Shown here piece by piece: positions 1 to 12,210 of a stretch of 64,000 nt of DNA; within the stretch, counting starts at the first letter, position 1; each line of letters begins with the position of its first letter. The translations under genes and the position numbers were made by a program. Below the pieces are notes generated by a model. That model made no database searches and was not told the DNA's origin. It saw only the letters and a list, made by a program, of their open reading frames with translations. Source of the DNA: Plasmodiophora brassicae (lineage: Eukaryota); the NCBI GenBank assembly GCA_036867785.1, contig CP145418.1, forward strand, positions 620,001 through 684,000, read 5' to 3'.

Positions 1-124
1 AGCGCACCTCATCGTCCAGCTGGTACGTAGTCTCTTCCAGAACGCTCTCGGTTAACCTCGAATTTTCGTCATTGCTTCGGCCGCCACAGCCCGCAATCAA
101 TGTGTTCTTCCCCGCAATAGTTCT
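1..124 (-). repeat. Dispersed repeat; inverted copy of ~52149-52274, the upstream region of the second thaumatin gene
   Basis: The reverse complement of 1-124 aligns to ~52149-52274 with a few substitutions and one 2-bp indel (shared GAAAATTCGAGGTTAACCGAGAGCGTTCTGGAAGAGACTACGTACCAGCTGG). The match runs off the left edge of the window. Confidence 0.92.
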
Positions 125-277
125 TCCCCGCAATAGTCCATCTGTACGCTGGCAACGTACGTATAGCTGGCGGTCAACACGAGCGCGCATAGCTGACACG
201 AAAGAAGGAAACATGATTCATTGGTGCGTATGTACACTGATCAGCGACTTAGAAGGGCCACAGGAAGACGACCCAGT

Positions 278-1003
278 CTAGTTGGGGCAAAACTTGATGA
301 GGTAGTTGCTGCCTTGGGACTGACACGTGAAGGTCGACGACTGATCATCGTAGGCATAGCTGTACGCCGCAGGGCAGGCCGTCTTGAACAGCTGAGAGTA
401 GTGGAACGGTGGGCAGCGATCCGGCGTCCCAAAGGCACCTCGGCAACAAAACTCGTCGGTGTTGAGCTTGTTGCATGCGCTGTTGCAGGCCACTGTGCGC
501 CCGTCCTTGACAACAGCAAGCTCTCCCGGGCAGGAATCGTTCAGATCCTTATCGCATCCTGCGCGACCGCACTTGTACCCTTGGCCTTGGTACGTGGTTG
601 GTTCCATTGACATCGGCAGGTTGTATCCATCAACGAGACTGATGTCGTAGAAATCCATACCAGCGTTGGCGTCGAATGTGATTTCAGCCAATGACGCTGG
701 TGGAACGCCTCCAGCGCCACCACACTGAGTGCCGCGAGCGCAATCTCCAGTCGCACACGAAGCCCCGTCTTGGTTGCACCCGGTACGACCCCAAAACCGG
801 CCGATCCAGCCATCGACAACTTCCACAGTCTTTGACTCGCTTGGATTGAGCACGAATCCTCCGCCCTCCGGGTTCACTGGTTGCCCTAAGGTCCCAACCC
901 AAACGGTTTCTTGGCAGTTGTTTTCGACCGTAACCTGATGTGCAGAGCTAACCATGGCCAACCCGACAGCCATGGCAAGAAAATGCCCCATTATGTTGTT
1001 CAT
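278..1003 (-). CDS. Secreted thaumatin-like protein (PR-5 family), copy 1, intronless
   Basis: Signal peptide, NNCQETVW, GRFWGRTGC, CATGDC, LAEITF, DFYDISLVDGYNLPM, CPAAYSYAYDD and 16 Cys. ATG at 1003 (or 991). Confidence 0.96.
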   Translation of the reverse strand: MNNIMGHFLAMAVGLAMVSSAHQVTVENNCQETVWVGTLGQPVNPEGGGFVLNPSESKTVEVVDGWIGRFWGRTGCNQDGASCATGDCARGTQCGGAGGVPPASLAEITFDANAGMDFYDISLVDGYNLPMSMEPTTYQGQGYKCGRAGCDKDLNDSCPGELAVVKDGRTVACNSACNKLNTDEFCCRGAFGTPDRCPPFHYSQLFKTACPAAYSYAYDDQSSTFTCQSQGSNYLIKFCPN

Positions 1004-1569
1004 CAGCGTTGGCAATCCGATGCCTACCGAATGTTCTGAACGTTCTTCGATGCGATGCTTAGCTAGAACCTAGGAAAATGATCGGGCCTGATACTTGGGT
1101 GGCGCTCGGCAACGGTGCGCTGCGGAATCGAGCTTGACTCACACTGAATGACGTCCTGTTTACTGTCGCGTCACGATGCAGCGCAGTGATCGGTTCACTG
1201 CACGAATCTGCGTGACGTATCCTCTTGCAGACTCGGGACGACCATCTTGAATTCCGAGCACTGATGAACCTACCACATTACCGCCTTGTGCAGTGCGCAC
1301 ACACAGTGCCAGCATGAACGGAAGAAGCTCTGAACGTTGTGGTAGTTGACCGGCTCGAGTCCAGCTGCTGCGCAAGATACTCAAAACAGTCAGCAGGACG
1401 AAGACCACGACGTTGACGAGAAGCACTTTCTACGCCGTCAGACTCTAGTGCTCAATTACTACTGCGGCCGGGCGTTGAAGCACCCATACATGACCTGATC
1501 CAACTGTCGTGGACTGTCCCAGGTGCTTACATCTCAACCATCGACACACGGTTGTGTATGCGCGGGCGC

Positions 1570-2891
1570 TTATCCGAATCGCAGGACCTCTTGCGCGACA
1601 GGCGATTGTAGGAACCGGGAGAACGGCCCGCCGTTCAGCATGCATTCCACCTCGAAAGACGGTTCGGAGAAGAAGGTGTCGGCTACGCCGCGTGCCGGGG
1701 ACGCTGGCGCCGACTTGTCCCTCGGTACAACCGTCACATGCGTGGAAGGAGTGCTCGCGAAGAACGCATCGTAACGCTTCCTGATGTCATCAGATAGGTT
1801 GATCTCCACCGGCGACCCCAGTCTGATGAACATGTCGTAGATTCGCCGCGCCTCGCTGGCAACGGGCGTCTGGACGTCGAGGGACACAGCGCCACCTATG
1901 ACGGTTTCCGATTCCTTCTCAGCCAGCAGCCTGAATTTGTGCACAGCCCTGAGGAACATGACGGTCTCGGCACAGAATTCGGTCTCCAGGTAGGCTTGCA
2001 GGGCGGCACTGGCCGTATCCGACGCGATGACGTCCTTCAGAGTGTGCACAATGCCCGACTGGACTTTGGCGTAGGACCATCGTATCGGCAGGTACAGGGA
2101 CAGATAGATGCCGTACCACGACAGAACGCCTTCCGAGATCTGCGCCATCGGTAATTTGGCGGCGACGTTATCGTACAGCAGCGGTATCTGCAGGAGCATG
2201 ACTCCCAGTACGATAGAGCAGAGCACGCCTCTGGTCAGGCAGACCAGTTCCCACTGTTGCATCATCAATGAACAGCGAAGACTGACGCTCCGGTGCACAG
2301 GCTCACCTTGATCCAGAACGCGTCGCGGACGAACCGCATTCGGAATGTGACGATGATGATGACGTTCACGATCAGGAGCACGTTGTAGAGCAGGGCGATC
2401 AGTTTGTGCAGTGCTGGGTCTGTTCCGGCGGCTGCAGCAACACCCGTGATGGCAACGTGCACGAACGCCATGGTGGCCATGCAGATTGCCTGAGTCCTGT
2501 TCGTACAAAGGTGCTGGTACCGTAGGACGACATCGCGGTGCTGGGGGCTGACGCCGCCGTCCTGCAATGCGATCTGGCGACGGCAGATATCGACGCGCCA
2601 GACCAGCCAGACGCATCGAATGACGAGACACTCCATGGTGACTGTTAGCAGGACGTCCACGATGAAGGAGGTCACTTGCTCTCGGGACCTGAACACGGCC
2701 GAGCACATGTCAAGCAGGCAGGCAACTCGGTACACGCCCTGCTCGAACACGACGACGAACGCCTGCCGGGACTGGATCGGGTGTACGTGCCGTCGACGAA
2801 TGAACAGGACGATGAGCGGCACGAAGACGACAGCGTCGACAACGAGGCTGGCGATGAGCGTCGTCGCGGCTGCCAGGTCGTAAGTGTTCAT
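1570..2891 (-). CDS. 7TM-RGS protein (seven hydrophobic helices fused to a C-terminal RGS domain)
   Basis: MNTYDLAAA starts at 2891. A GT-AG intron at 2306-2254 joins DAFWIK to WELVC. About 7 hydrophobic segments precede the RGS motifs LQAYLETEFCAETVMFL, ARRIYDMFIRLGSPVEINLS and FSRFLQS. Confidence 0.88.
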
Positions 2892-3167
2892 TGCTGTTAG
2901 GTCTGTGTGCGGCCTGTGGGCCTTAGTACGTGTGCTGATCCAAATATCAGGCAACAGTACCAGGGGGCCGCAACCAGGGGCAATCAGCCGATCGGTGACA
3001 TTCGCAGCCAGACCTGTGACTGGGGGGTTCATCGGGACGATGTCGGCGCCGAGGAAGTCGCCGTTCGACACGATGACAGACGAGGTCAGCTGGGGGGCGG
3101 TCGGAACGGGCGCGCCTGGGCACGTGTCGATGACGGCGTTTAGGAAGCGCGCCGGTTCCAGGAGGCG

Positions 3168-4952
3168 ATGGCCGACCCCAAGTTCGCCGAGCTGTTCGCG
3201 GAATACGCACGTGAAATATCGGACCCTGGCGCGCGCCGCGAATCCGAGCTGTACCTCGAGCAGCTCGAGCGCCAGCAGTGTCTGCCGGCCGACTGCAAAC
3301 TCATCAAGCCGTCCCCCTTCTTCTGCGTCAAACTTGTCGGCGACGACGGCGCCAAAGCGTTCGCCAACGTGTGCACCTCCGAGTTCGTCGCCGGCGCATC
3401 CCGGCCGATGTCGGGCCTGCTGCTGATATTCTCGCGCAGGTTGATCGACACGCCGGCGGTCAGGAAATGCCAAGGCGGGGCGAACTGGAACATTCCGTAT
3501 TCGTGCTCGAGTCCGCGCCCGTCGACGCTGCCGTCAGGGCGGGCGTGTCGCGTGGTCGACGTGACGTTCCACGACCAGATCGTCAAATTGTACGTGCCCG
3601 CGATGAACCGACGCGGGTCGCTCAAATGGGGTTCACCTTGACCGGCTAGGTGTCGCAACCAGCGGTTCAGGGATCTCATTGTGCAGACCAGTATCGACGC
3701 GGTGCAGCGCCTCCTAGACGTCAAATTCACCCATCGTACGTCACCGCCAGTGGCCCATGCAACGAACGTTCCTGACACGCACACACACGTGCTGTTCAGC
3801 GCATCGCGTACTGACGAATTGCAAGTGCAAAGACGGGCCTCCTGCCATAATGCGCATTGGGGGCGGAGAGCACCCACCCGCCGACCTGCCCCCGATGATG
3901 CCCAAGCTCGTCGACAACCAAGCAACGAAGGGAAACGAGCGGCGCAATGCGGCGCCTAACGAGACGGACCTGCTTCCAGCAGCGGACGGGGCCGGCATGA
4001 ACGAAGCCGACGCCGAGGCACCTGTCGCGCTGCTGCCCCCCGAGTACCACATCGTATACCAGGGTGATTTCCAGATGGCAGACTGTACGGTGACGACGCC
4101 GATCGTGGCGTCGACCAGGCCGAAGTCGCTGCTGGTGCGGATCGCACTGCCCCGGATCGCAAGGCTGTCCGACCACAACGACGCCGCCCTGGACGTCTCG
4201 TCGCATCAGGTCACGATGAGCATTCCGGGTGTATACGCGCCCGTCAGCATTCGGCTGCCGTTCGAATGCGATCATGAGAAGGGCAGGGCCCGGTTCCAAC
4301 CCAGGGATCGCACGTTGACGATTACGCTCCCCGTCGTACCGTCTGCGGAAGAGCTCGTTGCGATCAAGGTATCCCTGTTTGAACGCCGGGGCTGGTACAG
4401 CCCGCTGAATGGGCTGCTATGCAGAGGCCTTCGGTTGCGGCCGACTCTGAGGCGGATGCTGACCAGGACGGCGCCGTCGACGCTAATGCTGCTGGTGATC
4501 GTGCGGGAGGCAACGCGTCCGACGTCACAGAGGACGAGATCCCGCAGGATCCTGCGGGTGTCTCTGGAGTCGTAGCAGAACCTGCTGGCACCGCTACTCC
4601 CACTGTCAACATACCAGTTCCCGTTGCAAACGGGAGCGTAGACGCGTCATGTCGGGGACCTGTTCGAGCGCCCAGCGCGGTGGATATCCGAGCGGCATCC
4701 CATGAAGCGGCCCGCGGTGAAACCGACACAAGACGCGAGGCGCGCTCCGACGACGATGCCCCGCCTTCCAAGGCGGCACCCGCAGACGATGTGGTCGCCG
4801 GTCCCGCTCCACCCGCAGCGAAAGAGAACGTCCATGCCGGCGGGCCGCAGACCGGCACCTACGCCGGGGCACGCGTCGCGCCTGACCCGTCGGCGCCGGG
4901 TCGCCAACGACGACGAGGCCTGTCGAACTCGATGCGTTTCGCGCTCGATTAA
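3168..4952 (+). CDS. DNAAF2: Kintoun/PF13 dynein-arm assembly factor (PIH1 + CS domains), spliced
   Basis: FAELFAEYAREISDP..RRESELYLEQLE, IKPSPFFCVK, FANVC, WNIPYS, VVDVTFH, then RPKSLLVRIALP and KGRARF..RTLTITLPV, spread over intron-separated ORFs. Confidence 0.88.
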
Positions 4953-5090
4953 CGCGCCTGGACCTACGCCAGTAAAACGCGCCCGGTCTATGTCGTCCCG
5001 CGTGCGGAACAGCATCGGTCACGGTGGACGTCTCGAAACGAGGAGGAGCATCCGTTTTCGACTCGGCCCGCGGCGGACGGGCGTCACACG

Positions 5091-5321
5091 ATGTCCTGGA
5101 CGCGTCGCTGCGTGCCGCTGGCGGGCCAGGCAGCCGCCCACATGGACGCCTGGCTGCTGGAGAACGTGCTGGCCTGCCCGCTGGCCAAGACGCCGTTGCG
5201 GGTCGACGGCAACGACCTGGTCAACGACGGGCTGGACGTGCGCTACGCGGTTGTGGACGGCATCCCGGTCCTGGTCGTCGACGCGGACACGACCCGACGA
5301 GCGCGCGGATCGTCGCAATGA
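5091..5321 (+). CDS. Small Trm112/UPF0434-like protein (PYURF/YcaR-like)
   Basis: LLENVLACPLAKTPL...YAVVDGIPVL is the UPF0434/Trm112p pattern, preceded by a short Arg-containing N-terminal extension. Confidence 0.82.
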   Translation: MSWTRRCVPLAGQAAAHMDAWLLENVLACPLAKTPLRVDGNDLVNDGLDVRYAVVDGIPVLVVDADTTRRARGSSQ

Positions 5322-5369
5322 AGTGTATAGCGGCGCGAACCTCATTTCCCGGGTCGCCCGTAGCACACA

Positions 5370-6335
5370 ATGAAGGGCAGGAACGCGGTGAACGGGAACG
5401 ACGGCGTAGGCGGGGCGGCCATGGCCGGCGACTTCCCCGATTCGAACGCGACGGCCTTCGTCGATTTCCGGCTGCGTCGCGGGCCAACCGTCGACCAGCC
5501 TTCGCTGCCGCCGGGTCCTTCCGCCGGGTTCGTCCCGGCTGCAGGCGGCGCCGCTAGTGAGGCGTTCGCTGGCCGACCTGGGACCCGCTCCGGCATGCCC
5601 GTCGATACGCCATCCGAGATCGCGTCCGAGTACTCGACGTCGCTGCTGGACGACGACACGGTATCGTCGTCCACGCCGTCGATGGCCGAGAAGTAATTCG
5701 TGGCCTCGGGCGCATCGAGCGTACTGCGCTGACGACGACGTCTGCCGCTCATGCGATCAAGGCCACTGACCGCTGGGGCATGCAATATCTGTCTGTCGGC
5801 GCGTACTCGCAGTGGATCACCTGCCCCGACGCAATCTCCCCAGTGTGCCCTGGTTGCCACAAACGTCCCTGCGGCCACGGGCTTCGTTCGTTCGCTCGGC
5901 ACCGGCGTCATGGCGCACGACGCCGTCGGCAGTCGGTTGATGGCGGGCCGGCGTCCGCGGTCGCTGTCGCCGGCGGCGCCCGTCAAGAAGCCGCGCCTGG
6001 ACGACGGCGTACTGGCCAGCACGCTGGAAGGAACACTGAGTACGAGCGCAGTCGGCACGATACCGAGCTGGTTGTAACGAGGGGCAGATCTCAGGAGACG
6101 GCCTGCCGACCATGTGCCGATGGACGTCGGCCAGGGGTCGGCGGCGCCCCAGGCGCGTGGTAACGCGAACGCGATGCTGGCAGGCATGCACGCCGAGTAC
6201 GTACGTCGACAGGAATCCAGTCAGTTGGTGGGCGTCGTTGTCGCAGGTGCAACGCCGCTGAGTTCGGGCCGCAGGGATCCGACCGCATTTGCCGAGCGCG
6301 CAGCCAGCGCCATCGGCGCGACCATTCAACACTGA
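5370..6335 (+). CDS. Hypothetical low-complexity protein, three exons
   Basis: ORFs 5370-5696, 5751-6077 and 6114-6335 can be joined by plausible GT-AG introns (e.g. 5693-5761). No family recognised. Confidence 0.5.
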
Positions 6336-6542
6336 TCAGTATGTCATCCTGTAGTAGATTAATAACTGCCAGTGTTTATGCAACGCCTGCGTACCAGACA
6401 CCGTCTTGTAGAGTGTGGCCAATGGCGCCTCCGATTGCGGATTCGCGTGAGTCTGGCAAACCGGGGACGTTTTCAGAGACGCCAGACGGTCGTGAAGACA
6501 CCTCCCGTTCTTCACCTGTGCACAGTGCAGTGGCGCGTAGCA

Positions 6543-7280
6543 GTTACTTCAGGTTTCGCGTCTTCACCAGCGTTTGGCTCGCGTCCAATGGCAAAACTAT
6601 TGGGTTCACCGTAGAGCACAGGTATGGCTTGTACTTCGTTAGGTTTGCCAGCATTTCAGTCGCCACGCGTTTGATGACGGAGGTGCTCGTCGGGACGATT
6701 CTGCAGGCGGTTGTGTATCAGCGGTTGCATCGAGAGCGTCGTGTTCGTTGACCCACTCGCGTGCTTAGTGCTGTTGTACGCTTCTTCGAGGAAACCTTTG
6801 CAGAGCTCCCTCTCCAATTGAGCGATTTCATCAAATCGATGAACCCCTTGAGTGGCGCAACGAAACGGAAGGGCGTGGATTAGGTGCACCACGACCTCCC
6901 CGAACTTGAAACATCGGTGTCCTTGAAAAGAGGGCGGGTTGGTCGGAAAGGGAGCAGTAAAACATATACAGAATTACTTCAAGCGCCCCATCTTGTTGTT
7001 CTTTTGTGTTCGGCACAATGGTAACCAGGCCCTGGTTTCCGGTTTCAGCGATGGCGGGGATCACTGTTGGGGGGCTGCCATCACGCCGAACTTGAGCATT
7101 GGCGCCGATCAGCAGGGGACGCTCGTTCGCCACTCAACAGAAAGCAGCGGAATTGGGCCCCGAAATTGTAGGTGCCTACATAGGTAGGTGTGCACAGGTA
7201 GAATTACTGCGCGCCTGCATTGTTCACAAACTCACCTCGTTGTGTCGACTCGGTGCCGCTCTTCTCGCGTTTCGGTCCCT
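6543..7280 (-). CDS. Possible small spliced hypothetical gene, or 3' extension of the SET gene
   Basis: Several intron-like GT..AG segments on the minus strand (e.g. GTGAGT..TGTAG at ~7236-7185) and a terminal frame ..VIKRVATEMLANLTKYKPYLCS..RNLK*. The exon chain is not resolved. Confidence 0.3.
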
Positions 7281-7324
7281 TCTGCAGTGGCGACGAAATC
7301 GACTACTATGAGATATATGTGGAT

Positions 7325-10300
7325 TTATTGGACAGGAGCCTCGGCAGGCGCGACGAGCTCCCTCTGTGCTGGTGCGGGAGAAGATCGCGGATCGTCGTCT
7401 TCCTGTTCTGCAACGCCGGGTTGATATGCCTGATCTCGTGGTTGTTCGTTCGCTGGCTCAGATGATAGCTGTGGAGGCGACTCGTCCCGTGGCGATGGGG
7501 CAGAGCCGCCCGACGTCATACGCGAGCCTGGTAATGCCGAGCCAATCGGGCCGGGCGGGGCCTGTATCTGCTGCGCTTGCATCTGCTGGTACAGCTGCCA
7601 TTGCTCCATTTGTTGCGGCGGGTGCTGCTGGAATACCTGAATGGGCGCTTGCCACGATGGCCCGCTAGTAGGCTGACCGACAGACCCATGCTGCTGCTGC
7701 TGCTGCCCCATCTGATTGTACGGCATGGGTTGCTGTTGCTGAGGAGAAGCTGGCTGATGATCGCCAGACACGCCTTGCGCCACAGGTTGGCTTCCTTGGC
7801 TGTCGGAACCCGATGCCGGAATGGATGCGTGCTCTGAGGCGTCAGCAACGTTGCCGCTGTCGTTAGCAGGTGAGGACGCAGCATCAGGAGCCGTGCCAGA
7901 CGTCGGGGACATGCGCATCTGAGGATGCCCAAAGATGGGCGGCATGATGACCGGCGGGATAGGAGCCGAACTGTTTGTCTGGTACGACTGCTGATCAGGT
8001 GCCTGTGCCATCATGGACATGCCTCTCTGCTGCTGCGGTTGCTGTTGCTGCGGTTGCTGCTGCTGCGACTGCTGCATGAGCGGGTTCGCTCGCATCTGCT
8101 GATGCATCATGCCAGGCACAGGACCCGTTCGCAGCATCCCGCGTTGTTGCATATGCTGCATCTGCAGGTGAGGATGAACCGGTTGACGTTGCTGCATCTG
8201 TTGCATTTGCTGGTGGGCCTGCATCTGCTTCTGGTACTGTTGCTGAGCTTGCTGTGGCATATTGGCGAACGCTTGCCGCTGCATTTGCTGCTGCTGCTGC
8301 AGATGCATCTGCTGCTGCATCTGCATCATCATCATCTGCTGCTGTTGCTGCTGCATCGGCATTTGCGGTTGTGCTTGCTGACGAATCTGCTGGACGCCTC
8401 CGGTCTGCCGCATTTGCTGAAGACGATTGTACATATGGCTGGCCTGACGGAACTGCTGCGTCATGTTGTTCGTGTACATGGGCTGGGGCTGCTGTTGTTG
8501 AGGAAGCATAGCGTTCGGGGCAAGGTTGTACGGCTGCTTGGCGGACGACGCGTTCACAGTGGGGCCACCGGGCATCATGGGCACCTTGTTGTTCTTCATC
8601 ATGTGCATCGCATAGTCCGACTGCTGCTGATACGCCTGACGTCGCATGTCCGCCTGGCTGTTCTGCTGCTGCATCATGTACTGTTGATGAAGCTGTTGTT
8701 GATGCTGGACCATCGCTGCTGCCTGTTGCTGTTGTTGAGCGTAGTCCCAGTACTGCTGCGACTGCTGAGGTTGCACTGACTGCTGCGATGGGCCTTGTTG
8801 TTGGGAGGCGCCCATCTGCTGCGGAGGCATTGGGGGCATGGAAGCCGGGACTTGTTGCTGAGGTGGCGCGGCCGGGGGCTTTACACGTGGCCCAGCACTG
8901 ACAGCCTTTCTGTGCATTTGAATGCCTCGAGAGATTGCCACGTGAGAAGTCGCTCGACAAGAGAATCCACGCGCACGGTTGAAAGCAAGTAGTGGATCGT
9001 TAGCAGAGACAGATCGGCTTCCACGACCAGCGCCGGCCTTGTTAACAGGTGGAGCAGGGGCATACGTGTAGCCAGGAGGCGGCCCAGGTCCATACCGCAT
9101 TTGTTGTGGTGGTGCCGGCTGTTGCATCATGCCAGGCGGGCGCGTCATGACCGGAGGTGCCATGCGGCCATACATTGCTGGCACCATGGAGTATTGCTGA
9201 GTGGTAACAGAGCGCTTGGACGGATCGGCCACCATGGGTGGAGGCTGGGATGCAACCTCAGAACGCCCCCGCTTCATGCCGATCTGAGGTTGCAGCTGTT
9301 GCTCCTGCTCGGCCGACATCATTGATCCCGCTGTCGCGAGCGCATGCAGAGCCGTATCGAAAAGAGAAGGCTGCGCTGCCGACGGCCCAGGTTGCACAGG
9401 CGACATGACAGGAGTAGCTGGCCATGGCAGCTCCTCAAGTGACACACCCCGCTCACCACTGCACGATGGCGACCCACATTTGCAAACGAATGGTCGGTGA
9501 CATATATGAGCCGCCTGCGGTAGTTAATGTCAGCAATGGTTTCGGCAGCTTGCACTTTCAGATGTCAACGTACCTCAAAGTCAATTGTGACTTGTTCGCC
9601 GTTCTCAATATCGCGAGTTGCGAAGATGAATATACGTATCTGGTTGTCGATCGACCATCGTTGCACAATGGCAGTCGGATCGCAGCTGTGCCGTATGCAA
9701 CGCGCCAGACTGCCCATGACGGATGAGTTCACGTAGTCATCGCCGGCCAAGCGAATAACGCAGTTAGGGGCGGCTCGTCGAATAGAGCTACGTCCTTCGG
9801 GGTTCAGCTCCGCTAACTCGTCTCGAGTCGTTATGATACCAGTGTACTCCACGAGGAATTCACCCTGTTAACGTGTTAGTTCATCACAGCAGAAATTACA
9901 ATGACACGACTGAGATACTCTTTGGACGTTGCGAGTAGCCTTAAGACTCCAAGCAACTGGCTGGACTGAAATCCTGCCGGGTGCGGTCGATCGAAGACCT
10001 CCCATAAACTGATCCGTCAGGGATGTCAATGAATGCGGTACTGGGGTCTGCGGCAAACTGAGAAGAGTCGCCTCTGCAACCAGCAGATTCCTGCCGAGTT
10101 TGGTCAGCGGTGGCAACTCCGACGAAATGGGACGAGCATCGCAAACCTTGGAATCAAAGTGAAGTTGGTCGCCATCAAGTACTGATCAAGATCGGTCAGC
10201 TTCCGCTTCGATGACGCCCGTGACTTTGTGACAGGTTTCACAGCAGGGCCCGCTTCCGTTGACGGATTCGTCCCTGATGGCACCGGATCCGGTATTGGCG

Positions 10301-12159
10301 CCAGCTTGTCGCTAGCAGCTGCATGGACAACATAAGAACCTGCGAACACTGGACCAAAGGCGAAGCATACATTTGATCCGGGCAATAATTCCTGCAAGCA
10401 TGTTTCTGTCGGCCTTGGCTAATGGATGTTTCCCCATAAACAACGGCAGGGAGCTGAACGTCTGCAGGTGCGACAGCAGCGACTCACGCAAGCTCTCCGT
10501 GTCATGAGCGGCAACAAGGGCCTAATAAAAGTAGGCATAAGAGAAACAAACAGGAAAATGGGTCGCAACTGAAACCACCTGAATGAATCCATCCTTTTCG
10601 GTCTGGGCAAGCCGGCAGTAGAACGTATGCAAGCTACCAGCAAGTCGATGCAGGAGTCGAATGTGACAGGCGAATGTTGGCTCGCCATATTCGGCTTCAT
10701 CGTCCTCTTCTTCTTCATTTTCGCCTTTGTTTTCAATCTGTTACGTATGTGAGCGTGATACAACGATATGCCCCACGTTCCCAAGATACATTATGGAGAA
10801 CGCGGATATGCGCGAAGAGACTCGGTGTGCGTGTGGTCAGAAGCTTGAAGAACATCATCAGCATGTCCTGATGAACTCGCGACGCCATCAACAGCGACAG
10901 GAATGCAGGATCGCTGAGAATATCAATCAATATCGCCATGACGTCAAGACATGGCTCCACGGTCCTATCCCACTGTCAGGCAACCGCGGACGCTGAGCAG
11001 ATCAAATGTGCAAACATCTTACGGATCAAGAACGTCTCTTGCGATTGCGTTCTGCATTTTGTTGAACGCCAGGCTAAGAAATTTTTCACGGAGTCCCCTC
11101 CAGGAATCTTTGCGAATAAAAACGATGAACTCAGCAATAACGAGACTAACGGCCAATTTAGCATCATATATGCAACTTCCTATACGACGACCTGCCTTCG
11201 GAATAGTTGCAGTGACTCGTGACGGTCTTGCTCGATCTGGCTTAGAAGATGGCCGACGACCATGCAGACGTCTTCGTGGCGAATAAAGGCGAGCTTAACT
11301 TGTTCGAGCTGTGGATCCGGCAAGACCTGCGGGAAAGCTGGTATCAAAATATCAAATGGCACCGGCAACAGAATCTTACATTCGGATCAATCAACGAGAT
11401 CCAAAAGTTCACTAGTCTGGCCCTAAAGTTGTCGCGCATCTCGACGGTGATAATCGTGTTGACTCGGACACGGATCAAGTGAACAGTCTCGATAACAAAG
11501 GCGATTAAATGATCGCACGCCGCAACAGCTGCGCAAAGGGACCGTTCTTGAGGAGGCATCGCCAATTCCAGTCTGAACGAATATATTGAGCAGCTGGCGA
11601 ACGGGAGGCGGAGACATGGACACCTTATATAATTCTGGAGGATAGTGAACAGGTTCGTGATATTAGTCAGAGCGTCGACGGTGTGATTCCGCTGCGTTGA
11701 CATGTCGAGGCCGCGAACGTACGATACAATGACATCAACAATATTCAGGTTGAGTTGATCATCATCGTGGAGAACCTATGTAGACAAATAAGTGCGGTTC
11801 CTGGCACATATTACTGAATGAATGACCTGAGCGATGTACGTGTTCTCTGGATATTTTTCGCCATCGAACAACTCGGTGATGGCAGCGAAAAACTGGAAGA
11901 ATACGGACGCCGATTCGGACTGGATCGGCTTCTTATCTGCATCGCGTTCCAGGGATGCAAACGATCCCGCGACGAACTGTCCGATATCGATGGTTCTTCC
12001 AGAGGGCAATCTCGTTATTACGCAGCCATCCTGGGTATGCACCATCGAATCCTTGATTGCGTTCGGCGGTAACTGAAGCAGCTCGACGTGCGCCGCCGGG
12101 AACGTCTCAAGATTGACATCTTCGGACGAAGACGACGTCCCGGACTCGTCGTCGCTCAT
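7325..12159 (-). CDS. Large multi-exon SET + post-SET protein with a ~700 aa Q/M/P-rich C-terminal tail
   Basis: Spliced SET domain: WSLKATRNVQR|GEFLVEYTG...GSLARCIRHSCDP...IFIFATRDIENGEQVTIDFE|AAHICHRPFVCKCGSPSCSG, which reads in frame into ORF 7325-9445. Upstream minus-strand exons back to MSDDES at 12159 are probably the same gene (less certain). Confidence 0.78.
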
Positions 12160-12210
12160 GTCGATATAGACAGCCAGGGTCTTCGATACGGCCTCGCCCG
12201 CCGCCGCCCC

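Noticed and set aside
7925-8960. Leu/His-rich and Ala-rich ORFs, and CAG/CTG runs as a repeat array
   Set aside because: Alternative frames of the poly-Gln coding region; not a separate repeat element or CRISPR.
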